From the NCBI GenBank assembly GCA_965248535.1, contig CBDFJR010000005.1, positions 1,216,001-1,280,000 of the forward strand: 64,000 nt of DNA, read 5' to 3'. The DNA is from Phormidesmis sp. Its GTDB lineage: Bacteria; Cyanobacteriota; Cyanobacteriia; Leptolyngbyales; Leptolyngbyaceae. Position 1 is the first letter of the stretch, and every line of letters begins with the position of its first letter. Position numbers and translations under genes: made by a program. The notes under the pieces were generated by a model, which saw nothing but the letters and a program-made list of their open reading frames with translations, made no database searches and had not been told where the DNA came from. Positions 40,489 to 50,625 of this stretch are shown here, one piece after another.

Positions 40489-42402
40489 ATGGCAAAAGTT
40501 GTTGGAATTGACTTAGGTACTACAAACTCCTGTGTCGCCGTGATGGAAGGCGGCAAACCGACCGTAATCGCTAACGCTGAAGGGGCGAGAACCACGCCCT
40601 CAATCGTAGCTTTCGTAAAAAATGGCGATCGCCTCGTCGGTCAAATCGCCAAGCGTCAAGCTGTGATGAACTCCGAAAATACCTTCTATTCAGTGAAACG
40701 GTTTATCGGTCGGCGATTTGATGAGATCACCCATGAAGCCACCGAAGTTTCTTATAAAGTCCTCAATGTAGGTGGCAACGTTAAGCTCGATTGCCCCGCT
40801 GCTGGCAAGCAATTTGCCCCCGAAGAAATCTCTGCCCAAGTGCTTCGCAAACTGATCGAAGATGCCAGCAAATATCTCGGCGAAACGGTGACTCAAGCCG
40901 TGATCACGGTTCCGGCTTATTTTAACGACTCGCAGCGCCAAGCGACCAAAGACGCTGGAAAAATCGCGGGTGTAGAAGTCTTGCGGATTGTCAACGAGCC
41001 GACCGCAGCCTCCTTGGCCTATGGCTTAGAGAAGAAAAGCAACGAAACGATTATCGTCTTTGACCTAGGTGGCGGTACGTTTGACGTATCGATCCTAGAA
41101 GTTGGCGATGGCGTGTTTGAGGTGTTAGCCACGTCTGGTGACACTCACTTGGGCGGAGACGACTTTGACAAGAAGATCGTCGATTATCTCGCGGGTGAGT
41201 TTCAGCGATCGGAAGGCATCGACCTCCGCAAAGATAAGCAAGCCTTGCAGCGTCTGACTGAGGCGGCTGAAAAAGCGAAGATTGACCTGTCTAACCTGAC
41301 TCAGGCTGACATCAACCTGCCCTTTATCACCGCGACTCAAGACGGCCCCAAGCACCTTGACACCACGTTGACTCGCCAGAAATTTGAAGAACTGTGCGCC
41401 GATCTAATCGATCGCTGCCGCATTCCGGTTGAGGCAGCGCTGCGCGATTCTAAGCTCGACAAGAGCAAGATCGATGAAGTTGTCTTAGTTGGCGGTTCGA
41501 CTCGCATTCCTGCTGTGCAGGCGGTTGTCAAGCGCGTCTTGGGCAAAGACCCTAACCAGACCGTTAACCCTGATGAAGTGGTCGCCATGGGTGCCGCGAT
41601 TCAGGCGGGCATTCTCTCTGGTGAAGCAGGAGCCGAAGGGCTGTTGCTGCTAGATGTCACCCCGCTATCTCTCGGTGTTGAAACCTTGGGCGGCGTGATG
41701 ACCAAGATTATTCCTCGCAACACCACGATCCCCACTAAGAAGTTTGAGGTTTTCTCAACGGCGGTGGATGGACAAAGCAACGTGGAAATTCACGTTTTGC
41801 AGGGTGAGCGCGAAATGTCGAACGACAACAAGAGTCTCGGAACCTTCCGGTTAGACGGCATTCCTCCGGCTCCTCGTGGCGTTCCTCAAATCGAAGTCAC
41901 CTTTGACATTGACGCAAACGGCATTTTGACCGTGGGCGCAAAAGATAAGGGCACGGGCAAAGAGCAGTCAATCAGCATCACGGGCGCTTCGACGTTGCCT
42001 AAAGATGACGTTGAGCGGATGGTGCGCGATGCCGAACAAAACGCCTCGACTGACAAAGAGCGGCGTGAGCGCATCGACCTCAAGAATCAAGCCGATTCTC
42101 TGGCTTATCAAGCTGAAAAGCAGATGAGCGAGTTGGGTGATAAAGTTCCGGCGGATGACAAGACGAAAGTGGATGGGTTGGTCAAAGATCTGAGAGCGGC
42201 GATCGCTGCCGAAGATTTTGACAAGATCAAAACGATGACGACTGATCTCCAACAAGCTCTCTATGGCATCACGACCAACTTATATCAGCAGTCGGGTGGC
42301 GGTGCGGCTCCTGAAGATGGCACTCCTCCTCCGGGAGCGGGTGGCACGACTTCGGGCGGTGGCGATGATGTGATCGATGCTGACTTTACCGAGTCGAAGT
42401 AA
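40489..42402 (+). CDS. dnaK: Chaperone DnaK (true start at 40489)
   Basis: [38 protein letters not shown] tail. Confidence 0.98.
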   Translation: MAKVVGIDLGTTNSCVAVMEGGKPTVIANAEGARTTPSIVAFVKNGDRLVGQIAKRQAVMNSENTFYSVKRFIGRRFDEITHEATEVSYKVLNVGGNVKLDCPAAGKQFAPEEISAQVLRKLIEDASKYLGETVTQAVITVPAYFNDSQRQATKDAGKIAGVEVLRIVNEPTAASLAYGLEKKSNETIIVFDLGGGTFDVSILEVGDGVFEVLATSGDTHLGGDDFDKKIVDYLAGEFQRSEGIDLRKDKQALQRLTEAAEKAKIDLSNLTQADINLPFITATQDGPKHLDTTLTRQKFEELCADLIDRCRIPVEAALRDSKLDKSKIDEVVLVGGSTRIPAVQAVVKRVLGKDPNQTVNPDEVVAMGAAIQAGILSGEAGAEGLLLLDVTPLSLGVETLGGVMTKIIPRNTTIPTKKFEVFSTAVDGQSNVEIHVLQGEREMSNDNKSLGTFRLDGIPPAPRGVPQIEVTFDIDANGILTVGAKDKGTGKEQSISITGASTLPKDDVERMVRDAEQNASTDKERRERIDLKNQADSLAYQAEKQMSELGDKVPADDKTKVDGLVKDLRAAIAAEDFDKIKTMTTDLQQALYGITTNLYQQSGGGAAPEDGTPPPGAGGTTSGGGDDVIDADFTESK

Positions 42403-42446
42403 CTGGGATGGGTAATGAGACTTCTCATTACTAAACGCTAAAAAAT

Positions 42447-42488
42447 AAAGCTGGTAGTCATTCTAAGTTAGAAGCTACCAGCTTTTTT
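42447..42488. terminator. Probable bidirectional terminator between dnaK and the Uma2 gene
   Basis: AAAGCTGGTAG...CTACCAGCTTT stem with A/T runs on either side. Confidence 0.7.
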
Positions 42489-42489
42489 G

Positions 42490-43155
42490 TTAGGGAAGAT
42501 CATCAGGATTAACACCGATCGCTCGTAAGTAGTCTTCTAGCTGCTGCGATCGCTGGCGTTCTTGCTCTAACAAAGACTCTGCTTGCTGAATCCGTTGATC
42601 CATCTCGATCGAGGTCAAAAATCGCTGACCATCAGGACGGTAGATCACTAACTCTCCTTGACCTGTCTCAAAGCGAATGCCTAAACGAGGACTAACTTGT
42701 CCATCTAATTGCCACAGCTTTGTGAGATGCCCATCTTGCCGATGCCAGCCATCTAATCGGAACGTGTCGGGATCGTATAAATAATATTCTTCAATCCCAT
42801 AGGTGTCATAAAATTCCAGCTTGCGCTCCATCTCGTCGGCGTTATTGCTAGGAGACAGAATCTCAAAAACCACCTGCGGAGGAATGTTTTCTTCTCGCCA
42901 TTGACGGTAAGAACTGCGCTTGCCTTTGGGTCTGCCGAACACAACCATCACATCGGGAGCTACAGGAGCGATAATGCGAGTCGGAACGGGATACCACAGC
43001 AGATCTCCGGCGATGAAAACGGTTTCGTCATTCGCAAACAGCACTTCTAAGTTCTCTTTGATCGTGACAATCCAACGGAACTGCTCGGTATTGTCCGCCA
43101 TTGGTTTGCCGTCACTATCGGGGAGGTTGAGATTGGTTTGTGAGAAGAGGGTCAT
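42490..43155 (-). CDS. Uma2 family endonuclease
   Basis: PDSDGKPMADNT, APDVMVVFGRPK, PQVVFEILSPSN, EEYYLYDP. Confidence 0.92.
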   Translation of the reverse strand: MTLFSQTNLNLPDSDGKPMADNTEQFRWIVTIKENLEVLFANDETVFIAGDLLWYPVPTRIIAPVAPDVMVVFGRPKGKRSSYRQWREENIPPQVVFEILSPSNNADEMERKLEFYDTYGIEEYYLYDPDTFRLDGWHRQDGHLTKLWQLDGQVSPRLGIRFETGQGELVIYRPDGQRFLTSIEMDQRIQQAESLLEQERQRSQQLEDYLRAIGVNPDDLP

Positions 43156-43303
43156 GGGGTAAGCTCGGCTTCTCGGCTTCTCAATTCTAAATCAACCTGG
43201 GGAAGGGCACGATCGCCATTTGCTGCAATCGATGCGGGATGGAAAATCAACCGCCGAGTCAGTCAGGTACAATGGTCTCCTATCCTGCGTCTGCGTTTGC
43301 GCT

Positions 43304-44815
43304 ATGCACCCCAACTATCTCGAAAAAATTCTGACGGCTCGCGTCTATGATGTTGCCCAAGAGACCGCGCTAGAGGTTGCGCCTAATCTCTCGGCCCGCC
43401 TCGATAACAAAGTGCTGCTCAAGCGCGAAGATATGCAGTCTGTGTTTTCGTTTAAGCTGCGGGGTGCTTATAACAAAATGGCGCAACTGCCGCCCGATGT
43501 TCTCGCGCTGGGTGTGATTGCTGCGTCTGCTGGAAACCACGCTCAAGGTGTTGCCCTCGGTGCTCGTCACCTAGGAACGACGGCGATCGTGGTGATGCCG
43601 ATGACGACTCCGCAGGTGAAAATTGACGCGGTGAAAGCTCGTGGCGGTGAAGTGATTTTGCATGGTGACACCTATGATGAGGCCTATGCTTATGCGCGGC
43701 AGCTAGAAGTCGAGAAAGGATTGACGTTTATCCATCCGTTTGATGACCCGGATGTGATTGCGGGGCAGGGCACGATCGCGATGGAGATTTTGCGTCAGCA
43801 TCAACAGCCGATCCATGCAATTTTTGTGGCCATTGGCGGTGGCGGATTGATTTCTGGAATTGCCGCTTATGTGAAACGATTGCGTCCTGAAATCAAGATC
43901 ATTGGCGTTGAACCTGTCGATGCCGATGCGATGTCTCAGTCGTTAAAAGCGGGATATCGCATTAAGTTGCCCCGCGTTGGATTGTTTGCCGATGGCGTTG
44001 CCGTGAGTGAAGTCGGAGTCGAAACCTTTCGGCTGTGTCAAGAGTATGTCGATGAAGTGCTGTTAGTCGATACTGACCATATTTGTGCAGCGATTAAAGA
44101 TGTGTTTGAAGACACGCGATCGATTCTTGAACCTGCGGGAGCTTTGGCGATCGCTGGCGCAAAAGCTTATGTCGAGCGCGAACAGATTCAAGGACAAACC
44201 CTCGTCGCCATTGCCTGCGGTGCGAATATGAACTTCGATCGGCTGCGATTTGTGGCAGAACGAGCAGAATTTGGCGAACGTCGAGAAGCCATTTTTGCGG
44301 TGACGATTCCTGAAAAAAATGGCAGCTTAAAGAAGTTTTGTGAGTGCCTAGGCAAACGCAGTTTGACCGAGTTTAGCTACCGAATCGCTGATGACAAAGT
44401 AGCGCATATTTTCGTCGGCATTCAGATTCAAAATCGAGCAGATGCGGCTCAGATTGCAGCCACTTTTGAGGCAAATGGATTCAACACGATCGACTTAACC
44501 GACGACGAACTCACAAAACTGCATCTCAGACACATGGTTGGCGGACGATCGCCGCTGGCTCATAATGAATTGCTCTATCGTTTTGAGTTTCCTGAGCGTC
44601 CGGGTGCGCTGATCAAGTTTCTCGCCTGCATGAGTCCCGATTGGAATATCAGTCTCTTTCACTATCGCAATCACGGAGCCGACTATGGTCGCATTGTGGT
44701 TGGAATGCAGGTTCCGCCCCACGAGATGAACGACTGGCAGGCGTTTCTCGATACGCTCGGCTATCGCTATTGGGATGAGAGTCAAAACACCGCCTACAAA
44801 CTGTTTTTGGGGTGA
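43304..44815 (+). CDS. ilvA: Threonine ammonia-lyase, biosynthetic
   Basis: LKREDMQSVFSFKLRGA, ASAGNHAQG, two regulatory repeats, FEFPERPGAL. Confidence 0.97.
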   Translation: MHPNYLEKILTARVYDVAQETALEVAPNLSARLDNKVLLKREDMQSVFSFKLRGAYNKMAQLPPDVLALGVIAASAGNHAQGVALGARHLGTTAIVVMPMTTPQVKIDAVKARGGEVILHGDTYDEAYAYARQLEVEKGLTFIHPFDDPDVIAGQGTIAMEILRQHQQPIHAIFVAIGGGGLISGIAAYVKRLRPEIKIIGVEPVDADAMSQSLKAGYRIKLPRVGLFADGVAVSEVGVETFRLCQEYVDEVLLVDTDHICAAIKDVFEDTRSILEPAGALAIAGAKAYVEREQIQGQTLVAIACGANMNFDRLRFVAERAEFGERREAIFAVTIPEKNGSLKKFCECLGKRSLTEFSYRIADDKVAHIFVGIQIQNRADAAQIAATFEANGFNTIDLTDDELTKLHLRHMVGGRSPLAHNELLYRFEFPERPGALIKFLACMSPDWNISLFHYRNHGADYGRIVVGMQVPPHEMNDWQAFLDTLGYRYWDESQNTAYKLFLG

Positions 44816-44876
44816 ATATTATTGCAATACTTTGAACAAAGCTTGAGTAAGTTTTCGAGTCGGTTACAATTCGGGC

Positions 44877-45155
44877 ATGGATTATGAATGGGACTCGACT
44901 AAAGCAGCCATCAATCTCAAAAAGCATGGTGTGAGCTTTGAGGAAGCTAAAACAGTCTTCAACAACCCGCTTGCTCTAATTTTTGAGGATGAACTACATT
45001 CAGTAGAGGAGCGTCGGGAAATTATTATCGGGCATTCCCAACAAAGTCGAATGCTGCTGGTTAGCTTTACAGAACGTCCCAACGCGATTCGCATTATCAG
45101 TGCCCGTATCGTGACTCCAAGAGAACGTGAAGATTATGAGAACAACACCTTTTGA
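44877..45155 (+). CDS. BrnT family toxin
   Basis: EWDSTKAAINLKKHGVSFEEA, IRIISAR. Confidence 0.9.
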   Translation: MDYEWDSTKAAINLKKHGVSFEEAKTVFNNPLALIFEDELHSVEERREIIIGHSQQSRMLLVSFTERPNAIRIISARIVTPREREDYENNTF

Positions 45156-45354
45156 TGAATCTCCGCAGAATGACGATGATTTGGCGGCAGAATATGTCTT
45201 CGATTATGGCAAAGCAAAGCCTAACCGATTTGCAGCACAAGATCAAGAACGAAAAATGACCATTGTTGTTCTTGATGAAGATGTTTCTCAGGTCTTCTCC
45301 ACGTCAGAAGCCGTTAACAAAGTTTTAAGGGCCTTGATTGAAGCAATGCCTTGA
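45136..45354 (+). CDS. Probable cognate antitoxin of BrnT
   Basis: Overlaps the toxin; EYVFDYGKAKPNRFA..VLDEDV..F.TSEAVNKVLRALI. Confidence 0.7.
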   Translation: MRTTPFDESPQNDDDLAAEYVFDYGKAKPNRFAAQDQERKMTIVVLDEDVSQVFSTSEAVNKVLRALIEAMP

Positions 45355-45435
45355 GTTGTAGTTGAACGGGGACTTAAATTACTTTGAAACTGGTCAGCGA
45401 TCGCTCCGTCTAAGCCGCGACATCGCCTTGTCGAA

Positions 45436-45587
45436 TAGACTTCTTGCAAAAGTCACGAAGCTACCTCAGAGTAGGGTGGTTCTTGAGCGCTAATTCCTTC
45501 AGGTTTGAGGTCTTGGACTTGTTCGTAGCTCATTAGCCCCTCCTTGACCTACTTATACTGATTTTTCAGACTTTTGCAAGAAGTCTA
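45436..45587. mobile_element. MITE-like element
   Basis: Perfect 19-bp TIR TAGACTTCTTGCAAAAGTC / GACTTTTGCAAGAAGTCTA, 152 bp, non-coding. Confidence 0.7.
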
Positions 45588-45708
45588 ATCAAAAGCTAGG
45601 CGATAATCTGGACAGATTACCGCCTAGCTTGAGTTAATTAGCAGTAAGGGTGATCTGCCATCATCAGCAAGATAATTGCAGATCACCCTCGCGATTTAAA
45701 GCCTTTGA

Positions 45709-46527
45709 TTAGCTGGTTGCTCTTCCCACGGCTACTTCTACCCCAGCACCTTTACGCTTGCGCCAAGCACTCAATCCTAGACCAATCAGTCCAGGAAGCA
45801 GAGCAGGAGTTGGAATGGCAGTTCCCCCAGGTTGAACAACTGGACCAGTACCAACGTTGATCAAGCTTGAATTGATTCCTTGAGTAAAATCGTAAAAGTT
45901 ATCGCCCGGATCTTTGTCTAAGACCTGATACACCGCGTTATTTGTGCTGACTAACGAAGTGTAGAAAGCATTCAACAAGGTTGTGTTAGTGCTGTAGAAC
46001 CACCCTGTATCTAGCAACTCGTTGCGGAAGCCACCCCCACTGAAACCTGCACCCGCTCCAACACCAACGGAGTTTGTGTTTTGAGTATTGACACTGCTCC
46101 AGTTGCCAAAATCTAACCCATTAACCAGTAGATTGTTGTCGTTGAAATCGAAATCGCCATTCGCGGTATCGCCATCGAAAAGGGTAAAGCGAATTCCAGC
46201 TTTCTGAATGCCCCCACCTAAGGCACTGAGAACTGATGACGTGAAGCCAGTTTGAGTCCCGATCGTGCCAGTTCCGGGCACTGGAGTCGAGTTGTAAAAA
46301 CCTTGAAATAACTGGCTAGCAGCTAACTGGCTGGTTACGCGAGTTCCGTTTGTGCCTGTTAAATCTAATACAATGCCGCCGACAGTGCTAATTCCGGTAG
46401 GAATGACACCACCTGACGGGGAAGTATCGGTGAAAGTAGATGCTCCCGCTACGCCAGCAGACCCCACGATTGCTAACGCAGCCCCGGACAGAGCGATAAC
46501 CAAGTTTTTTGCGATAAACAAAGACAT
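45709..46527 (-). CDS. PTPA-CTERM (PEP-CTERM-like) exported protein
   Basis: Signal peptide; C-terminal IPTPALLPGLIGLGLSAWRKRK. Confidence 0.9.
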   Translation of the reverse strand: MSLFIAKNLVIALSGAALAIVGSAGVAGASTFTDTSPSGGVIPTGISTVGGIVLDLTGTNGTRVTSQLAASQLFQGFYNSTPVPGTGTIGTQTGFTSSVLSALGGGIQKAGIRFTLFDGDTANGDFDFNDNNLLVNGLDFGNWSSVNTQNTNSVGVGAGAGFSGGGFRNELLDTGWFYSTNTTLLNAFYTSLVSTNNAVYQVLDKDPGDNFYDFTQGINSSLINVGTGPVVQPGGTAIPTPALLPGLIGLGLSAWRKRKGAGVEVAVGRATS

Positions 46528-46793
46528 TACTTAATACTCCTGAAGATGAAGGATTGGGTGGCAGGAGTACCCTGAAGCTCATACTCAGCTTTAGAGTTAG
46601 AACACGCGTGTTAATTGACTCATCGCTTGAGCGAACTGCTTAGTAATGTATCAGCATTTGTAACCGAATCTAGTGTTTACACTGAGGTTTACGTAAACTT
46701 CAGATTACTCTTAAAAAATCACCTTTATGTAAAGTTTCTTACAATGAAGGTCAACGAATTTATTGAGGACTTGAGTTGTGGCTGAATGGGGAC

Positions 46794-47184
46794 TTAAATT
46801 ACTGCAATGCAGTCAATCTCGACGCGCACATCTTTAGGCAACCGCGCCACCTCGACACAGGCACGAGCGGGAGCCGTCGCTTCATCAAAATATTGGGCAT
46901 AGACCGCGTTCATGGCAGCAAAATCATTCATGTCTGCCAAGAAAACCGTGGTCTTCACGACATCTTGCAGGGTTGCCCCGCCCGCTTCGAGAATGGCTTT
47001 GAGACTGGTTAACGATCGCTCTGTTTGAGCCGCTACATCGCCTTCACCCACGATCGCCCCCGTTGTCGGATCGAGGGCAATCTGTCCGGCCACAAAGATC
47101 ATCTGACCCGACGCTAAAATCGCCTGGTTATAAGGCCCCAACCGGAGCCGGAGCCGCATCGGTTTGAATAATGGTTCGAGTCAT
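46794..47184 (-). CDS. ridA: RidA/YjgF family enamine deaminase with an apparent +1 frameshift
   Basis: [22 protein letters not shown]...VKTTVFL...[19 protein letters not shown]; extra G in the GGGG run near 47136-47139. Confidence 0.88.
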
Positions 47185-47189
47185 AAAAA

Positions 47190-47811
47190 CTATTTCTTTT
47201 TGAGCAGTGGGTGGAACGAGTTCGATATTGACTTCGTTAACGGCGCGACGTTTGAGCGTAGTGGACTCCGATCGGGGCAGCAGGTCAAACACGGTGCGAA
47301 ACACATCATCGACTTGCTCATAGGCAACGTTGCCTTTGCCGTCAAACACTACCTTACCGGATTGGTCAAACAACACGGTCTGGGGCACAAACCCTTTGTA
47401 GTAATATCCCGGCTCTGTCGGCTCAAAGGTTTGTTTGACGGGTAGTGAGTCAACGCGAATCGGCAAGAAGTCAGCCGCCCGACCATAAAACGCCTGAAGC
47501 TGAGACACCACCGCCGAAAACTGTTTAGAGTCGCTGCTATCGTCGGTGTAAAACACCATCAGAGCGGGTTTGTGCTTGTCAAACGAGTCTGCTAGCTTGA
47601 CTTTTGGCGGCACCAGTGAGCCGTTGCCCGCATAGAGCGCAAAGATCTCGCCATCATAGCGATCGTCGGTTAAACCCGCCAGTGCAGGATTGCTAAAGCT
47701 CAAGGCTGCGATCGTGATCACCAGCGATAAGACCAGCCCTGAGACGTTGCGCCACCAAGCAGACTGAGAAAAAAAGTGTGAGCGAACAAAAGACATAAGG
47801 ATAAGGTTCAA
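47190..47811 (-). CDS. Thioredoxin-like thylakoid membrane protein (PSI accumulation factor type)
   Basis: DDRYDGEIFALYAGNGSLVPPK, FYTDDSSD.KQF, VPQTVLFD; the stop appears lost by an A-run indel, so the 3' end is inferred. Confidence 0.75.
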
Positions 47812-47868
47812 GATGACCGATTCAAAACATCGCTGCTTCTATTGTCGGTCTTGTTGACACTCCCCGGT

Positions 47869-49155
47869 CTAAAGACGCGGAGATTCTTGAAGAGTCCAGA
47901 ATCTGAACTTCAAAGGCGCTGTCAAATCGCCTCTACTGATTCCGCTAAGGTCAAGCCCTAGCATCATCGCTACTTTGCTGAGAATGTTTGCAGCGCCATT
48001 GCAGTCTGCATTAATCCTGAAGCCGTTACTCGCTTTGTACAAACCACGTTTGACGCGATTACCTGAGGCTTTCCACCCTTCGGGTTTTTCACCGTATTTA
48101 GGCAGAGCGTCAGAGTCTAAAAAACTCGCCTTAGACGTATACGCTTCTTCGGTTTCGACAAAGTGAATCCCGTGCTGTTCGCACATCTGTTTGATCCGCT
48201 CTTTTAGTCTGGCAGTGGGAATCTGCACAAACTTCTGATTCGTTTTTTTGCCCATGTTGGCACCGTTTTTCTGACCACGATTCCAACCAAATACCAGCGT
48301 ACCAATACGATTATCTAGGCAGTGGTTGATCACCAATCGAGCGGTCTTATTCACAGCGTCTCGCATCTGACGATTGCGCTTCTCTGTCAGGTTAGCCAGC
48401 CGCTTAGACCAAAATCCGTTATCCTTGCCTTCCATCAGTTTTGCAACTGATTTGTTGTACCACTGGTTAACGGACTTAAGGTGCTTACCGTCAATCACAA
48501 AGCTAGTGCCAACATTGCTCACGCCCGTTAGCCAGTTATTGATCCCGTGATCTAAACCCAAGCATTTAGCGGGGTCTAAATCGACTTTGACGACCGATAC
48601 GGGGTAGACAAACTCAGCATAGAAACAACCATTTCTAGGCAGAATCCGAACCTCTCGCAAAGCTTTGAAGTCTAGGTTTGACGGCATTGGTAGAAAGAAT
48701 TCTTTCAGACCGAACCACGCTTTAACTTGCAGCCCCAACGGAAAGCGGATCATTCCGTCAATCAGCTTTAAGCAAACTTTAGGGAATGCAGCTAATTGAT
48801 AACCTGGCTTGCGATAGTTTGGGAATCTAGGCTTTTGCTCTAACTCTCCCTTGCGAGACTTTTTAAGTAGTTCTGAGAACGATTTAATCGACTCACCTAC
48901 AGAGATACAAGCTTGCTCTGCAACGTAAGAAGGTAGTGCTGAAAACTTAGAGTTTCCAGATTTACGCATCTCGTTTACCAGATCAAAACCAGTCACAAAA
49001 GTTTTAGTCTTAAACCACATTTGACGAGCATAGTAGACCGCGCAATTGTGTAGCTTATTCGACTCAGAACAAATGTACGCTAAGACCGCCTGAGTCTCTT
49101 TGTCAGTGCTGATTAGGTTTTGTTGAACCCCCCTTAGCTTTTTAGGTTTAGCCAT
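47869..49155 (-). CDS. tnpB: RNA-guided endonuclease TnpB
   Basis: GLDHGINN, EEAYTSKASFLD, NADCNGAANI. Confidence 0.93.
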   Translation of the reverse strand: MAKPKKLRGVQQNLISTDKETQAVLAYICSESNKLHNCAVYYARQMWFKTKTFVTGFDLVNEMRKSGNSKFSALPSYVAEQACISVGESIKSFSELLKKSRKGELEQKPRFPNYRKPGYQLAAFPKVCLKLIDGMIRFPLGLQVKAWFGLKEFFLPMPSNLDFKALREVRILPRNGCFYAEFVYPVSVVKVDLDPAKCLGLDHGINNWLTGVSNVGTSFVIDGKHLKSVNQWYNKSVAKLMEGKDNGFWSKRLANLTEKRNRQMRDAVNKTARLVINHCLDNRIGTLVFGWNRGQKNGANMGKKTNQKFVQIPTARLKERIKQMCEQHGIHFVETEEAYTSKASFLDSDALPKYGEKPEGWKASGNRVKRGLYKASNGFRINADCNGAANILSKVAMMLGLDLSGISRGDLTAPLKFRFWTLQESPRL

Positions 49156-49241
49156 CGTTTTGACCTGCGATGTGTTTGTTGTTTGCTCTTATCTAATGAT
49201 ACACTAAATTTGTAGATTATTCTGAAAAAACAACAAAGCGA

Positions 49242-49649
49242 ATGAGAAGTAATTCTTACGAATATCGGCATTACAACCACTCATTGGGTTTGGCTGTTGT
49301 TCATCTGGTTTGGATTCCTAAGCGTCGCAAACCTGTGCTAATTGGGGAGGTTAGGGACAGGCTCTTTCAAGTCGTTAGCGAAGTAGCCAAGGATCACGAC
49401 TGGAATGTTAGAGCCTTAGAGATAGCGCCTGACCATGTTCACCTGTTTGTAGAGATTCATCCCACAGACGCTATCAATCAGGTTGTGAAGGCGTTTAAGG
49501 GGCGTTCAGCCTATTTGCTCAGAAAGGAGTTTTCACACCTGACAAAACTCCCTTCACTTTGGACAAATAGCTATTTCTTCTCTACGGCTGGGAATGTTTC
49601 GGCAGATACAATTGAGCGATATATCAATGACCCACACCATAAGAGTTAG
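49242..49649 (+). CDS. tnpA: IS200/IS605 Y1 transposase TnpA
   Basis: HLVWIPKRR, PDHVHLF (HUH), LWTNSYF, IERYI. Confidence 0.95.
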   Translation: MRSNSYEYRHYNHSLGLAVVHLVWIPKRRKPVLIGEVRDRLFQVVSEVAKDHDWNVRALEIAPDHVHLFVEIHPTDAINQVVKAFKGRSAYLLRKEFSHLTKLPSLWTNSYFFSTAGNVSADTIERYINDPHHKS

Positions 49650-49822
49650 GCGGTTGAAGCCGCTCGCGTGGGCTTTCCCCTTCGGGCTGAAGCCGCGAAG
49701 TTCCTAACCCTACCGCAATTTTCTGATGGGAAGATGCTCAACTTAACTTTAAGATTTGCGCGGTTAGGGAGTCGCCAAAATGGAAGATATCCGGCAATCG
49801 ACGGCTCCCTAACGCCCAAGTT

Positions 49823-50194
49823 TTAGAGTTGAATCGTCGTTTTGTTGTGCAACTCCTCTACGTGAATCAGTGAACCGTCACCCAAGACGATATTGAATTT
49901 GATGAGAGAACGCTCAACTTGATAGCCGGGCAAGACTCGCACAATTTGATATTCTGTGGTCAAATCACTGGTGCCATCCCACTTCAGAAAGGCCAGTTGA
50001 TTAGACGCGATTTCACTCAGTTCTGAGACAAACTCTTCAATGCGATCGCTAACATTCACGAGAATGCCAGACGGCACAAAGAGATAACGCTCTTGCAAAT
50101 CTAATGTCACACTGACTCGATAACGCTTTTCGATTGAGCATCGCAACTCAACGGTGAACGAAATCGAGCTAGGAACGATCGTCCTAACTGCCAT
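49823..50194 (-). CDS. Hypothetical protein
   Basis: 123-aa ORF with a GAGGA RBS; no recognised family. Confidence 0.55.
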   Translation of the reverse strand: MAVRTIVPSSISFTVELRCSIEKRYRVSVTLDLQERYLFVPSGILVNVSDRIEEFVSELSEIASNQLAFLKWDGTSDLTTEYQIVRVLPGYQVERSLIKFNIVLGDGSLIHVEELHNKTTIQL

Positions 50195-50211
50195 GGTTTT
50201 TGTCCTCTCGA

Positions 50212-50331
50212 TTAATTCAAAGAGGACAAAAACACGGATCTCTCAGACAGTCTGTTGGGGTGAAACCTGTATGCAGGATCTTGATTCCAGCCTTTCAAGA
50301 TCCCATAGCAAAGCTGACGGTGTACAATCAT
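50212..50331 (-). CDS. Putative 39-aa leader peptide
   Basis: AGGAGG 5 nt before ATG; MIVHRQLCYGILKGWNQDPAYRFHPNRLSERSVFLSSLN; stops inside an RBS-sequestering hairpin. Confidence 0.45.
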   Translation of the reverse strand: MIVHRQLCYGILKGWNQDPAYRFHPNRLSERSVFLSSLN

Positions 50332-50525
50332 GAACGCCTCCTGAGTTATTCTCGGTAACTAGGGATGGAAGTCCTCGGAGTCTGATTGCCTAGATCAGAT
50401 TTCCGGGGCACAACTCCATCACTGCGAAGTATTCTACAAGAGTTTCTTGTTTTTTGGAAGGCTGAATTTCTACACACCTGATCAAGTAAACGCCTAAAAA
50501 ACAGCGATCGTTTCAACTGAGAGAA

Positions 50526-50598
50526 TGGAGAATAGGGGAATCGAACCCCTGACCTCTGCGGTGCGATCGCAGCGCTCTACCAACTGAGCTAACTCCCC
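50526..50598 (-). tRNA. tRNA-Ala(CGC)
   Basis: GGGGAGTTAGCTCAGTTGGTAGAGCG-CTGCG AT CGC AC CGCAG-AGGTCAGGGGTTCGATTCCCCTATTCTCCA. Confidence 0.97.
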
Positions 50599-50625
50599 TC
50601 ATAGGGCTATTCTACCATTTCAAAA

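Larger units (their letters stand above)
47854..49725 (-). mobile_element. IS605-type element with divergent tnpA and tnpB
   Basis: Right end ...GGGGAGTGTCAA with a hairpin; left-end hairpin near 49680-49700; CCAT precedes the inferred left end. Confidence 0.8.

Noticed and set aside
50526..50598. tRNA-Ala as an integration site; HIP1 in its anticodon arm
   Set aside because: No duplicated tRNA 3' end or tyrosine integrase seen; the HIP1 overlap follows largely from the CGC anticodon and stem sequence.
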